From assembly GCA_017453605.1 (NCBI GenBank), contig JAFTEP010000224.1, positions 1 through 40,523 of the forward strand: a stretch of 40,523 nt of DNA, written 5' to 3'. Made by a program: the position numbers and the translations under genes. The notes beneath the pieces were generated by a model that had not been told where the DNA came from, did not search any database, and saw nothing but the letters and a program-made list of their open reading frames with translations. Numbering within the stretch: position 1 is the stretch's first letter; each line of letters begins with the position of its first letter. Below are positions 16,597 through 28,000 of the stretch, piece by piece. Source of the stretch: Clostridia bacterium. Lineage in GTDB: Bacteria; Bacillota; Clostridia; Oscillospirales; SIG627.

Positions 16597-17997
16597 TCAG
16601 ATCTCGACCCAGTCGTATTTCAGATAGGTGGTGAAGGCTTCCTTCAGCACGTCTCTGTAACTGCCGGCGCACACGGAGGTATGGTGTTTGAAGCCGCCTC
16701 TTGCAAGGTTTATGAGTTTATCCTGCAGGTTTTCGACCCTTGCGACTCCGCCGACGCCGAAGAAGCCGTCCTCTATCGGATCGTCGGTGAATTCGGCCTC
16801 GTCGGCGTAAATGACGATCTTTCCGTCCTTTGTCTGGCAGTTGGAGAGAGTTATGGGCATAGGCTTTATCCTGCCCTCGTTGCAGCCCCAGCCGGAGCCC
16901 GGATCGGTCTTGTCGAACATCTTGTGGTTTGTCACCGTGCCCTTGCAGGTCATCAGGCTCTGCGCGACGGAGCCGCAGTGGAAGAGAATGACCTTGTTCT
17001 CGTCGTCGCCGTAGTTGTTGTTCCAGTCGAGCACCGCCGAGGCCCCCTCGGATGCGAGGCTCATGGCGCGCATACAGACAGCGGAGCATATATCTATCTC
17101 GCAGGAGGCGGTGATCCCGCGGTCGTTCAGCTCGCCGAGAAGCACGCAGGGACAAACTCTCAGATGGTTCTCCATCTCGTTCCAGCATCTGAGAGCCAAA
17201 GCGTCGAGGTGATAGGTTTCGACGTATTCGTCCAGCACGACTGAGAGCTTTGCGAGGGTGTTCATGTTTTCTCCCGGCACAAGAGAGCAGTTCGTGTAGT
17301 CGTTGAGGCGCCTGATCTTTGCGACGACTTTCGGATCGCCGTCGGACAGGGCGGCGATCTTGCCGAAGACCTCTGAGAGATCGAAGCTCTCCACGTTGAT
17401 CCCGTACTTCTGCAGGGCGATCTCGTCGAAGCGCACCGTCTTGAAGGCGGTGGTGCGCGCGCCGATGCAGCCGAGATTGAAGCGCTTCATCCCGTTCACG
17501 ACGCGGCAGACCGCGGCAAAATCATCAAGGTTTTTCCTGAACTTCGGGCTCAGAGGATGCACGACGTGGGGCTTGAACACGGAAAACGGCACCCCGTACT
17601 GGGTGAAGACGTCTGTGACGGAGAACTTTCCGCAGTAGGCGTCGCGTCTGTGGGCAAAGTCCATTTTGCCGATCTCGTCGGGATACGCCTGCATCAGGAT
17701 CGGCACGCCCGCATCCTGCAGCGCGGCGATCGCACCGTTCTCGTCGGCAAAAATGGGCATCGAAAAGATCACGCCGTCGAATTCGCCCTCGTGAAGTTTG
17801 AGCCATTCGGCGTAAAGCCTTCCCTCCTCGCGGGTCTCGATGCCGCCGCAGCGCGTGGCGTCGCGGTCCATCATTATGAAGTCGTACCCGGCGTCGGTGA
17901 GCGCCTTCGCCATGTCCTCGCGCGCGCCGTAGATCAGTTCGCCGGGCATGAAGCTCCGGTTGCAGAACGCGAGCGCGAATTTCATTTTCTTTTTCAT
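16597..17997 (-). CDS. L-fucose isomerase family protein (short FucI/AraA-related sugar isomerase)
   Basis: The 466-aa product beginning MKKKMKFALAFCNRSFMPGEL has the general look of COG2407-type isomerases. AAAGGGATGG RBS. The 222-aa N-terminal extension in the ORF track runs antisense into the AraC gene and is rejected. Confidence 0.7.
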   Translation of the reverse strand: MKKKMKFALAFCNRSFMPGELIYGAREDMAKALTDAGYDFIMMDRDATRCGGIETREEGRLYAEWLKLHEGEFDGVIFSMPIFADENGAIAALQDAGVPILMQAYPDEIGKMDFAHRRDAYCGKFSVTDVFTQYGVPFSVFKPHVVHPLSPKFRKNLDDFAAVCRVVNGMKRFNLGCIGARTTAFKTVRFDEIALQKYGINVESFDLSEVFGKIAALSDGDPKVVAKIRRLNDYTNCSLVPGENMNTLAKLSVVLDEYVETYHLDALALRCWNEMENHLRVCPCVLLGELNDRGITASCEIDICSAVCMRAMSLASEGASAVLDWNNNYGDDENKVILFHCGSVAQSLMTCKGTVTNHKMFDKTDPGSGWGCNEGRIKPMPITLSNCQTKDGKIVIYADEAEFTDDPIEDGFFGVGGVARVENLQDKLINLARGGFKHHTSVCAGSYRDVLKEAFTTYLKYDWVEI

Positions 17998-18111
17998 GTT
18001 CCATCCCTTTCGAAAAACGAATATATCATTTTCAGACGCGCCGGAAAAACCTCCTCCGGCGCAATTTTTCCCATTCCATTGTAAAAGAAGAAAAAGAAAA
18101 AATATATAGAT

Positions 18112-18140
18112 TTTTGTTCGTTTTACTTTGATTTTGTTCG
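18112..18140. promoter_or_regulatory. direct repeat TTTTGTTCG x2 (20-nt spacing), candidate AraC-type operator
   Basis: Identical 9-mers at 18112-18120 and 18132-18140 in the divergent intergenic region. They lie just upstream of the TGGTAAAAT -10 of the AraC gene and upstream of a TACAAT (18083-18078) on the isomerase side. Confidence 0.4.
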
Positions 18141-18186
18141 AGAGTGTGGTAAAATACAAACAGTCATACCCGTTTGGAATCAAGAG

Positions 18187-19032
18187 GTGGTTTTTTTGAT
18201 CTCGATCTTCGATCCCGACAAGCTGCGGGATCTGTTGAAAGACTATTATGAGCTCACCCGGATCCGCATCACCGTCTTCGACGGGAACCTCAGCGAACTT
18301 GTCTCCTATCCCGAAGACGTCGCGCCCTACTGCGCCGTCATCCGCTCCAATCGCGCCGGATTCGAAGCCTGTATGCGCTGCGACCGGGAGGCTTGCGAAC
18401 GCGCGGCAAAAAAGCGCGGCACGCATATATACCGCTGTCACGCCGGTCTTACCGAGGCGGTGACGCCCCTGTACGTCGGTGACGTGCTGGCGGGCTATCT
18501 TCTCTGCGGACACGCGTTCGTCTACGAAGACCACAAAGAGGGGATCGCCGCCGTGGAGCGACTCACGGAGGACCTTGACCTCGACAGAACTCTCCTTCGC
18601 AAAGCGCTCCGGACTGCGCGCCCGATGGGTGAGGGGTTCGTCCGTTCCGCCGCGCATATACTTCACGCCGTGGCTTCATTTCTGATCTTGGAGCGCATGG
18701 CTGCGCTCAAAGAGGATCTTCTCGCCGTGAGGCTGAACGCCTACCTGTCCTCACACTTCACCGAGAAAAACTGCGCGTCAGAGGCGGGCGCGCATCTCGG
18801 TGTGGGGAAGACGAAGCTTTACGAGCTCTCACGTCAGCTCTACGGACGGGGGATAGCCGCCCGGATCCGCGCCCTGAGAATGGAAAAGGCAAAGTCTCTC
18901 CTTCTTGAGCGCCGGGATCTGACAGTCGCCGAGATCGCATCGCTCTCGGGATACGCCGACTACAACTATTTCATCACCGTCTTTTCCCGCGAGACCGGCA
19001 AAACGCCCGGCGCTTTCCGAAACAGTCGATGA
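18187..19032 (+). CDS. PocR-sensor / AraC-family HTH transcriptional regulator
   Basis: N-terminal PocR-like Cys/His-rich domain (CAVIRSNRAGFEACMRCDREAC ... RCHAGL). C-terminal AraC HTH (TVAEIASLSGYADYNYFITVFSRETGKTPGAFR). The likely true start is the TTG at 18196, 5 nt after AAGAGGTGG. Confidence 0.8.
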   Translation: MVFLISIFDPDKLRDLLKDYYELTRIRITVFDGNLSELVSYPEDVAPYCAVIRSNRAGFEACMRCDREACERAAKKRGTHIYRCHAGLTEAVTPLYVGDVLAGYLLCGHAFVYEDHKEGIAAVERLTEDLDLDRTLLRKALRTARPMGEGFVRSAAHILHAVASFLILERMAALKEDLLAVRLNAYLSSHFTEKNCASEAGAHLGVGKTKLYELSRQLYGRGIAARIRALRMEKAKSLLLERRDLTVAEIASLSGYADYNYFITVFSRETGKTPGAFRNSR

Positions 19033-19048
19033 TAACGCTTACGAAAAA

Positions 19049-19075
19049 TCTGCCCGCGCTGTCAGCGCGGGCAGA
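19049..19075. terminator. bidirectional intrinsic terminator between convergent genes
   Basis: 12-bp stem TCTGCCCGCGCT / AGCGCGGGCAGA flanked by an A-run and a T-run. Confidence 0.75.
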
Positions 19076-19093
19076 TTTGGTTTTGTTGTCAGA

Positions 19094-22000
19094 TCACGGA
19101 GCCGAGGAGAGGCGTTTTGCGGTGATGCCGCTTGAGTCGACTCTAACCTCGAACCAGACGGGCGCGTCGTTATATCCGGCGGGCGCCTCGGTCTCTTTCA
19201 GATAATACTTGCCGTAGGGGAGCTTTCCGATCCAGAACGCGCCGGTCTCGCCGGATACGCAGTCGGATGCGACGACGGTCATATCCACGCGGAGGATGTC
19301 GAATTTCGCGCCGGAGAGCGACTGGAAGCTCGTGTTGATCTTTCTGAAGATGACCTTTCTCTCAGCCCGGGATTCGTTGAGCAGTCCGTAGACGGGGATA
19401 TCGGGGACCGCGTCCACGGTCGTGCTGTCCGACATACGCTCTACGAGGTAGTCAGAGCCCGCCGGGAGAGTGATCCCTTCGACCGTGGTGCCCGCCGCTC
19501 CGACGGTCACCCTGTAGATGTAGCTGTTGGTGCGGCAGCCTGTCACTGTGCCGATCTCGGTCATGTAGTAGACTCCGTTCGGGACCTTGAAGCCCACGTT
19601 GAAGCCGTTGACGTCGAGCGTCGTCGCGGAGGTCACCGTGTCGGTCTTGGTTGTGCCCACGGTGAGGCTGACGCGTCCCGAGGTGCCCTTGGCGACCGCG
19701 TCGGAATAGGAAGTGTAGAGCGAGAAGACTGCGCCGGGAAGCGCGTTTCCGAAGCCGTCGATCTTCCTGAAGAAGACCTCTTTTCCGCCCGATCCGTTGG
19801 TGAAGGTCAGCGTCAGGTCGTCGCCGGGAACGCTCACGATCGTATAGGACCTTGAGTTCTCAGCCCAGGAGGTGCTGCCGGTGTATCCGCCGCCGGCAGT
19901 GTAATATGCCGCCGCCGTCGTCTGATAGTCGTCCTCGAGAGTCAGGGTGGGATCCGTGGTCCCGCTCAGACCGGTCTCGCGGACCTGCAGGCGCGCGCCG
20001 ACCGGAAGGGTCAGGACCATCGTGCCGCCGTGCCGGAGCGTGAAGCTGTACTGGCCGCTTGCGTCTGTCAGAACGTCGTCTGAATCGTCGGCTGGCGTCC
20101 CGTTGACGAAGATCGCATATCCCGGGATGCCGGTCGCGCCCTTGCTCAGCGTCGCCACGAACGTGAAGGTGCCGGAGGTGTCGTCCGCGGTGACTTCCTT
20201 TTCGACGGTGACGTCGACGGTCTTTGCCTTATTGGTGAAGGAGATCAGATCCTTGTCGTTCGACGCGGCGACGGTCGTGTAGGTGTAGGAGCTGCCCGTA
20301 TCGGCGGGAACGACTTCGTTCGAGCCGTTTGTGATCCTGTAATAAGTCTCGTACGTCTCGGCTATGGTCACCAAACTGGAACTGCTGACTCGTCTGGAGA
20401 CTTCCTCGGCGACAGTAAGGTTGGCCGCGCCGATCGGGACGGTGAAGGTGGTCCTGCTGCCGCTCGCGAGGGCGATTGCGTTCTCGCCGGATTTGTTGAC
20501 CGTCTCGGTCACACCGTTCAGGGTGTTGCTGTAAGAGACCGCGAAATAGAACGTACGTCCGGATCCGAGGAGCGGGTCGATGAGGGTCTTTTCGATCGAC
20601 AGATCGACCGTCTTCTGGTTGTAGACGGTCACCAGGAATCCGTCGGTCTTGTTGCCGGTGATCACGATGTGCATCGCGTCGTCGGAGGTCACGGTGTCGT
20701 CACCGGAGACCGTCAGTGTCACGTCTCTGTCGAGACCGAGATATCCGCTCTGGACCCAGTGCTCGATGAGGGAATACTCGCCGACGGAGAGGATGCCGTC
20801 GTAGATCAGGTTGTCGTCCGGCGTCGTGTACTTGTGGTTGACGATCGAGGAAACGTCGGCGCGGAGGCTGAACTGAGCCTCGACGTCCGTGTAGGTCGTC
20901 GTTCCGTCGAATCCCACGAGCACGATGCGAACGGGGTAGGATTTGAGAGTGTTGGTGAAGGTCAGCGTCTCGTCGGCGGTGACCGTGAACTTGTAGACGT
21001 TGTCGGCGGCGTCGGTGTCCGCCGAGCCGTTCTGAGCGGCCGCCGTGACGTCGAAGCTGTTGTCGGCGATCTCGGTCACCGTCAGGATCGCGCCGACCGG
21101 GATTTTCTCGGCGAAGGCCGTGCCTGTGGAGGAGGAGCTGAGGACGGAGATGTTCTGAAGGGTCTTTGTGACGGTCACTCCGTCTTCGGTGAGGGTGTAG
21201 CTTCCTCTGAAGGTGAACGCCATGTCGGCGGGATGATTTTTGAGGACCTTTTTCACGGTCACCTCGGCCGTCTTGCGGGCGTTGGTGTAGAAGACCGTGC
21301 CGCCGGTGGTGTAGTTGGTCCAGGAAAGGAGGTTCCCGTTAGTGGTAAGGCTGTCCGGGATGATCTCGGACTCGACCGAGGAGGTGGTGATGTAGTTTGT
21401 GTATTCCGCCTCAACGACCTTGATCTCGAGGTAGAAGTTCACGACCGCGGAAACGTTGATGTCGCCGGTCGTGACGACCAGCGCGGATCCGATCGGCTGA
21501 TCGTTCGTCCCGTATTTCTGGATGGTCTGGGTGACCTTCGCCTTCCCGGTGCTCTCGCCGTCGATGACCTCGGTGACGATGACCATATACTGCTCGTTGG
21601 TGAGCGAGATCACGGGAGAAGTCCTCTCGGTGATGGTCCCGTTGATGTGGGCCTCGTCGTTGCGGTAGGAGCCCTTGAAGGAGACGGTGAAGTCGAATTC
21701 CTTGTCCTGTTTTCCGGGCTCGGGGATCAGCTTGTAGACCCTGACCGTGTTCGCCTTGTCGTCGCTGCTCCAGATCGCATACAGCGTGACGACGTCGTTG
21801 TGGTCAGTGTCTTTTGCCTCGAAGAAGTCGGTCATGCTCGCGATCAGAAGCGAATCGGCGTTGCTCGCGAGATACTCCGGCAGATCTGTGCCGTTTTCGA
21901 TGTCCGGACGGAGAGAAGGATCCTCGTCCCAGCCGACGAAGGTCCACGCCAGACGCGTGCCGGTGCCGGGCAGGGTGTAGGGGAGTCCGACGTAGTTGTC

Positions 22001-25000
22001 GTCGGTCGAATAGTTCGAGAAGTAGACCTCGGTGCGGCTTCCGTTCCAGTTCTGGTCGAGGATCAGGACCTTGTCGGCCTTCCTGGTCGTGAAGGTGACG
22101 GTCAGACCCTTCTCGGTGTCGCTGTGGTTCTCCTTGAGCATATCGGTGATGCTGAAGGAGGCAAGGTTCTCTTTGTGTCCCGCGGGATGTCCGTCCTTCA
22201 CGCCGTTCAGATCGGTCTCCCAGTAGAGCATATAGCCCGTGCCGAGGTTGTTGGTGCCGGTGATCGTGATGTTCTTATCGGCGCCGTTGGGGATCGCGAG
22301 TCTGAGCGTCTCGCCCTGATGCACGACGATGTTGGAAAGGCTGTCGAGCGGGATGCGCTCGTAGACGCCTCTCTTCTCGTTGACGACTGTCAGCGCGGTG
22401 CCGTCGGTAGAAGTCAGGGAGAGAGTGATGTCTCCGTGGTTCTCCTCGGTGTTGTTGACGATGTTCAGATAGACCATCGGCTCCCAGACCGCGTAGATCG
22501 TGCGGTCCTCGTGTCTCTGGACCGCGATGATCGAGTCGGCGGGGTAGGTTGCGACGTAGTCGCCCTCGTCCGGTAGATCGTCAAAGCCGATGAGCAGATA
22601 GCCCGAAGGATGCCGGAAGTAGTTGACGCCGACCGGATCGAGCGCGTTGCCGGAAATATCGTCAGTCAGCTTGGTGGAGTAGCGGTAGAGGTGCGCGTTG
22701 ACGCTGCTCTGGATATCGCAGAACGCGATCGTGTCTGTGTCGGGGTCCATGACGAGTGTTCCTACGCCGTCCCAGTCGAGATCCCTCAGAGCTGAAAGCT
22801 CGGTGCCTTCGACCAGATCGTCCCCCTCGTAGTAGGAGCCCGTGGTGAGATATCCCGAGTTGGCGTCGAGAGTGAGATCGGTCACGTAGGGACGTCTGTA
22901 GGAGGAATCCTTCTCCTCGTAGACCGCCTGGATGTAGATGTAGCTCGACTTGTCGGCAAACGCGGCGCTGACGATGAAGTCGTCGCCCGGATCGTAGAAC
23001 TTTCCGGGTTCAAGAGGATTGTAGACGACGTTGCCGCCTCCGTCGACCGACTGGCTCACAAGACGCCAGCCGCGGAAGATATACTCGTCGGTAGTGAGGC
23101 CGTTCGCGGTAAGACCGGTGGGCTGCTGGAGGATCTCGGTCTTGGAACCGTCCGCGTAGTTGGATCCGGGTGCAAACGGATCCTCCCACTGATCCATGAA
23201 CATCGCGCCGTTGATGATCGTGCCGTCTTCCATCTTGTATTCGGGGATGTAATGGATGCGGTATCCGGCGTCCAGACGCCACTGGGCGCGCAGGGTCAGA
23301 GCCCCGGATACGGGAGTCGAGAAGTTGTAGGGCATGGAGCTGGTGCCGGTCTCGTTGCCTTCGTTGTCATAGAAGACTTCATACCAGCCTAAGAATTCAT
23401 AGTGCTCGCCGGAGAAGATATAGCGGTATTTCTGATCGGAAACGTAGGTGTTGCGCCAGGCGGCCTCGCCGAGGAGGGTGGTCCCGGAGATGTATCCGCC
23501 CTGCAGGTTGCCCTTGACCCAGTCGCGGTAGAACAGGTAGTACTGATGGAGCTCGTCCTCGGTCATATAGAGGGCGTTGCGCAGATCGGAGGGGAGAGAG
23601 CTTCCGTCGGTGGGCAGGTTCTGAGTGTTGACGTAGTAGTAGACGGTCTCGCCGTTTGCGGCGTAATCAGCGGCCGCGGCGTCGCTCAGAGGCACGTAGG
23701 TGCGGTTCAGGGCGTATTCGCCGACCATCTCGCCGTAGATGCCGTTGAAGTAGGTGGACTGGTCGCTCCTGTAGCCGGTGTCGGCCGCGCGTTCCAGATC
23801 TCCTTCTGAATTGTATATCTCGGAGCGGTTGAAGGTCGCGAAGGGCACCCACGAGGGATCGTAGGCGTCCGCGGAGTAGCTGACAGCGTTGCCGTCGGCG
23901 TCCCACCAGTAGTTGTTGTAGCCCTTGCGGTTCATCTCGGCGCCGTTGTTGTTGTAATTGTGGTTGACGTGGTCGATCTCGGCGCCGTTGGGGTCGATTT
24001 TGACGCGGTATCTGACGGGCTTGTAGATCGCGTAGAGGACGATCTGACCGTCCGGCATGGTCCTGTTGAAGTCGAAGGCGTTTCCGACTCCGTCGATGTT
24101 CTCATACCAGCCGGCGAAGGTGTGACCCTCGGGGGTGTTCTCTATCGCGAGCTGAGTATGGGCGTCGTCCGCCGCGGAGAGATCCTGCCCGTAGTAGTAG
24201 GTATAGGACCCGAGCTCATTGTTGTTTGAGTCCTTGAAGGTGAGCGTGTGATCGTTGGGCTGGAAGCGGAAGACCATTATCATACCGGTCCCGACCCCGG
24301 CAGCTTCAAGTTCGGCGACGGTGTAGGCGCCGTAGGTGTTGTTGCTGGCGGGGTTCAGCTCGGTGCCCGCGTTGTTGATGACCTTCGTGTCGACCAGGGT
24401 GTAGCCGTAGTAGGTCGGAGGCGTCTGATCCTTGGGGTTGGAGCCCGAGCCCGCGGTGATGACGAACTTCGAGGTCGGCTCGGAGGGATATTCGCGGGTG
24501 TCCACGTCCGCAAGGTAGATGCGGTAGAGGTACTTGTGAGAGTTGTTCAGTGTTGTGTACCTGCAGTGGAATTCCTGCGTGATCCCGTACTCGCCGGAGG
24601 TCGTGTTCGTGTCGTGGGCGGGATCGCTTATCGAGACCGCGGTATATGTATCGGGGTTGCCGTCCGTGCGGCCGCCGTTGACGTAGCCCGTGTTCCTGTT
24701 TCCTCCGGTGAGGATCAGGTCCTCGGAGATCGTCTCGAACAGACCCTTGATACTGGAGCTGACTCTGTACCAGTAGTAGCTGTCCTGCTGCGGGATCCAG
24801 CCGACGAACAGATAGGAGTTGGTGCCGTTGACTCTCTTCGGCTGAGTGCCGGGGTATTCGTCGATGATGGTCTCGCCGAATTTGCCGGTGATCTCGTAGT
24901 AGAAGACGATGTAGTTCGATCCGCCGTTTGTCGTGGTGTAGGTCCCGTTATATTCGGAGGGTCCGAACGGGTTGGTGTTGCCGAGAGAATAGCGGTTTGT

Positions 25001-28000
25001 CGTCAGGAAGCCGTCATATCCGCCGCCGTCTGCCGAATTGGTGACGTAGCTGACGAAATATTCCCAGGTGCCCTGCATCGTGGTCTGCCTGTAGAGCGCG
25101 CCGCCGTAGACCGCCATCGGGTAGACCGTGCCGGTATAGGAGTTCCCGTTATAGGAATAGGAATAGGTGTTGTTTTCTCCGGCGGGGACGGCGGGAATGT
25201 AGGCGCCAGCCGCGCCGTAGCCGCCCTCGGCGTCATAGAAATAGGAGGCGCCGCCGCGGGAAACGACGTGAGTCGCGTCGGTCTCGGGATAAGTCGTTGA
25301 GCCGCCGTTTTTGGCGCGGGTGTAGCGAGTGCCGGTGTAGGGCGCGCCATTCAGAGTGTACTCCCAGGATGTGGTGGAAGTGTCGGTCTTCTCGTAGAGG
25401 TAGGTGGTGTAATTGCCGCTTCTTAATGTGAAACGGTTGTAACCGCCGCCCGATCTGTAATACAGAGAATAGTTGCCCGATTTCAGACGGTTATTGTTTC
25501 CGTCCCAGGTCCAGTTTGTACTGTTGTCGTTTGTCGTGCTGATCTGGATCGTGGAGCTATTGTTGTTATTGCGAATAAAATAACCGCCGTTTGAGAACTT
25601 CCAGGCGTTCCCGTTCGCCGTTGCGGTCCAGACAGCGGTGGCGTTAACACCGCTCGAGGAAATATACGGCGCGTTGATGCTCGAGGTCGCCGCGTTGACC
25701 GTTATGCCGACGTTTGAGTAGTTGGCGCCGTTGTGTCCAAGCGCGTAACCGGAACCGTTGTTGTTTCTCGAAACGATCAAATACTCGTTTCCGTCTGTCA
25801 GAGTGGAAGTCAGCTTATATACAGGATCGCCCGGAACTGTCGTCGGAGTTCCGACGAGTTCGACGTAATCTCCGTTTGCGTTTACGCCGTAAAGCCCGCT
25901 TTCGGCGTTGGAAGAGGTCGAGCTGTAAACATATTCCGGCTTGTAAAGATGGACGGTGCTTTCGACGGTCGCGGTCAGGGGAACGTAGTCGCTGCCGATC
26001 AGGCCGTAGGGAACGCCGTTCGCGTCGGCGACGATCCAGTTGCCGTCGACGTCCTTGATGAGCGCGGTGTACGCGCCGTTGACGACGCCGTAGACCGTTC
26101 CGGTGTGCGACGCGGCCTCGGAGGGGGTCATCGTCGTGTAGGTGACGGTCGAGCCCGTGGTGCTCGTCTGGCGCGCGAAGCCGATATCGAATCTGAGCGT
26201 GTAGATATTGCGGTCGTAGTAGACGTTGACTATCGTGCTTCCGTCGCCCTCGATCGTCTGCTGGCGGATGCCGGACTGGACTCCGGCGGCGCTCTTGTCC
26301 TGATCCTCGCTGAGGTGGCAGAACCTGAGCTTGTTGTCCCTGTAGAGATCGGTGTTCGAGGCGATCTGCGTCGCCTCCGTCTGTGTGCCCGAAAGTCCCT
26401 GCAGAACTTCATAGGTCAGCAGGGTGTAGTTGTCGTCGTTGGCGTTCTGCAGCCAGTAGACTACGGTATAGGGCGTCAGTTCCGAGGTCCATTCGGCGTA
26501 GAGATTCAGAGATTCGAGGCCCTTGTAGACGTACAGCTTTCCGTTCTCGACCGTGAAGCGCTTGTGGGTCGTGCCCCCGACTGTGACTGAGTTGGTGTAA
26601 TTCGACGCGGTGTAGGCGCAGCTGTCGTCGCTCACCCATTGGGTCAGCTTGTAGGCCCTGCGGTTCTCGGTGACGGTCTGGAGATTGCCCGCATTGTCGA
26701 AGTAGTGGATCTCGACCGGCATCGCGGTGTCGATGTTGAGGATGTTTCCGTCGCTGTCGACTACCGCGTCGGCGTACCAGCCCTCAAGCTTGTAGCCGGG
26801 GCGCTTGCTGACGGGAAGCGTCTCGAACCAGGTCCCGCCGTCATCGTCGTTGGTGATGCGGTATTTTGCGGGGACGTAGGTCGCTCCGTTGCCGGATCTG
26901 CCGGTATTGAAGTAGATCCAGCGCGCTTCGTCGAAGACCGGGTAGAGATCTATCTCCTCCTCGACGAAATCGCTCTTCGAGAAGGTCGCGTAGTATTCGC
27001 CGTTCTGAGAAGTATTCGAGCTGTCGATCTCGTTTCCTTCAAGGTCGACCGTGCGGTAACGGTTCACGGTGAAGCCGTGTGCGTCGATGGTCTCCCAGCC
27101 GGAGAACACGTATTTGGTGGGGTTGGTGCTCGGGGAAGAGATGTTGCCTATGCGGACGGTGACCCGTTCGTCGCTTCCGAGAACGACCATCTTTCTCGCG
27201 TAGAGACTCGAAGCCAGATTGGGGTCGTCCTTGGTGCCGAGGTGGAAGTTGATGAAGTAGTAGTCCTCGTAGATCGGCGCCAGGAACATGTGCACTGTGC
27301 CCTCTTCGTCGAGCTCTCCGGAGCCGAAAGCGTCCTCTATCCTCCAGTAGACGATGTCTCCGACCTGAGGATCCGTTGAGGGAAGAGTCAGCGTTATTGG
27401 CTTTTCGAAGCTGAGCTTCATGGGATCGTCGGACCAGGTGTAGATGATCTGCGAGCCGTCGTCGGTGAAGCGTCCTTCGACGAGGTACCATCCGAAGAAG
27501 TACTGCTCAATAAGTCCGCCGTTCCCGTCGTCAACGCTTCTGTTCGCGGGGTTCTTGACAAATTCGAGGGATTCGCCGTTGATGAGGATCTGGGACGTCT
27601 GGTCTGTGCCGCCCTTGTTGGGGAACAGGTATTCGCCCGCCTGATATTCGACGGGGCTGAGAGTTTCGTACCCGCTGTCGGCGGAGGTGTGGTAGACGGG
27701 GTCGATGAAGTGGAACTGGACGCGCGCGGTGACGACTTTCTCGTCTCCCTCGTGGGCGATGACGACGTAAGCGGAGAAGCCGTCGGTCTTGAACTCTACG
27801 GTGCTTCCGCTGACGGACGCGTTCATGATCTCTTTGTCTTCTCCGAAGTGGACGACTTCGATCTCTTCGCCGCTGTTTTCAAGATCCTCGTCGATGAGCT
27901 CGATCCTGACGGCGACGGCATTGTTGGGCTGATATTTCTCGTTCGTGTCGGGATCCCTGAGAGTGATGTCGAAAACTCTCGCGAGAGAGAAATCCTTCGG

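Noticed and set aside
17998-18666. N-terminal 222-aa extension making the isomerase ORF 689 aa
   Set aside because: The extension runs through the divergent intergenic region and antisense into the PocR/AraC gene. A good RBS and the family-typical N-terminus (MKKKMKFALAF) occur at 17997.
21959-21973. LPGTG (LPXTG-like) pentapeptide inside the giant protein
   Set aside because: It is internal, about 960 aa from the C-terminus. It sits inside a Listeria-Bacteroides repeat (TLPGTGTRLAWTFVGWD) and is not followed by a hydrophobic segment and basic tail, so I regard it as a chance match.
20669-22576. 635-aa plus-strand ORF, with similar ones at 24248-25300, 25733-26590 and 26639-27379
   Set aside because: All lie antisense to the 3079-aa gene and have V/G/D/R-rich low-complexity translations. 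The minus-strand frame is uninterrupted for 9.2 kb with recognisable domain signatures.
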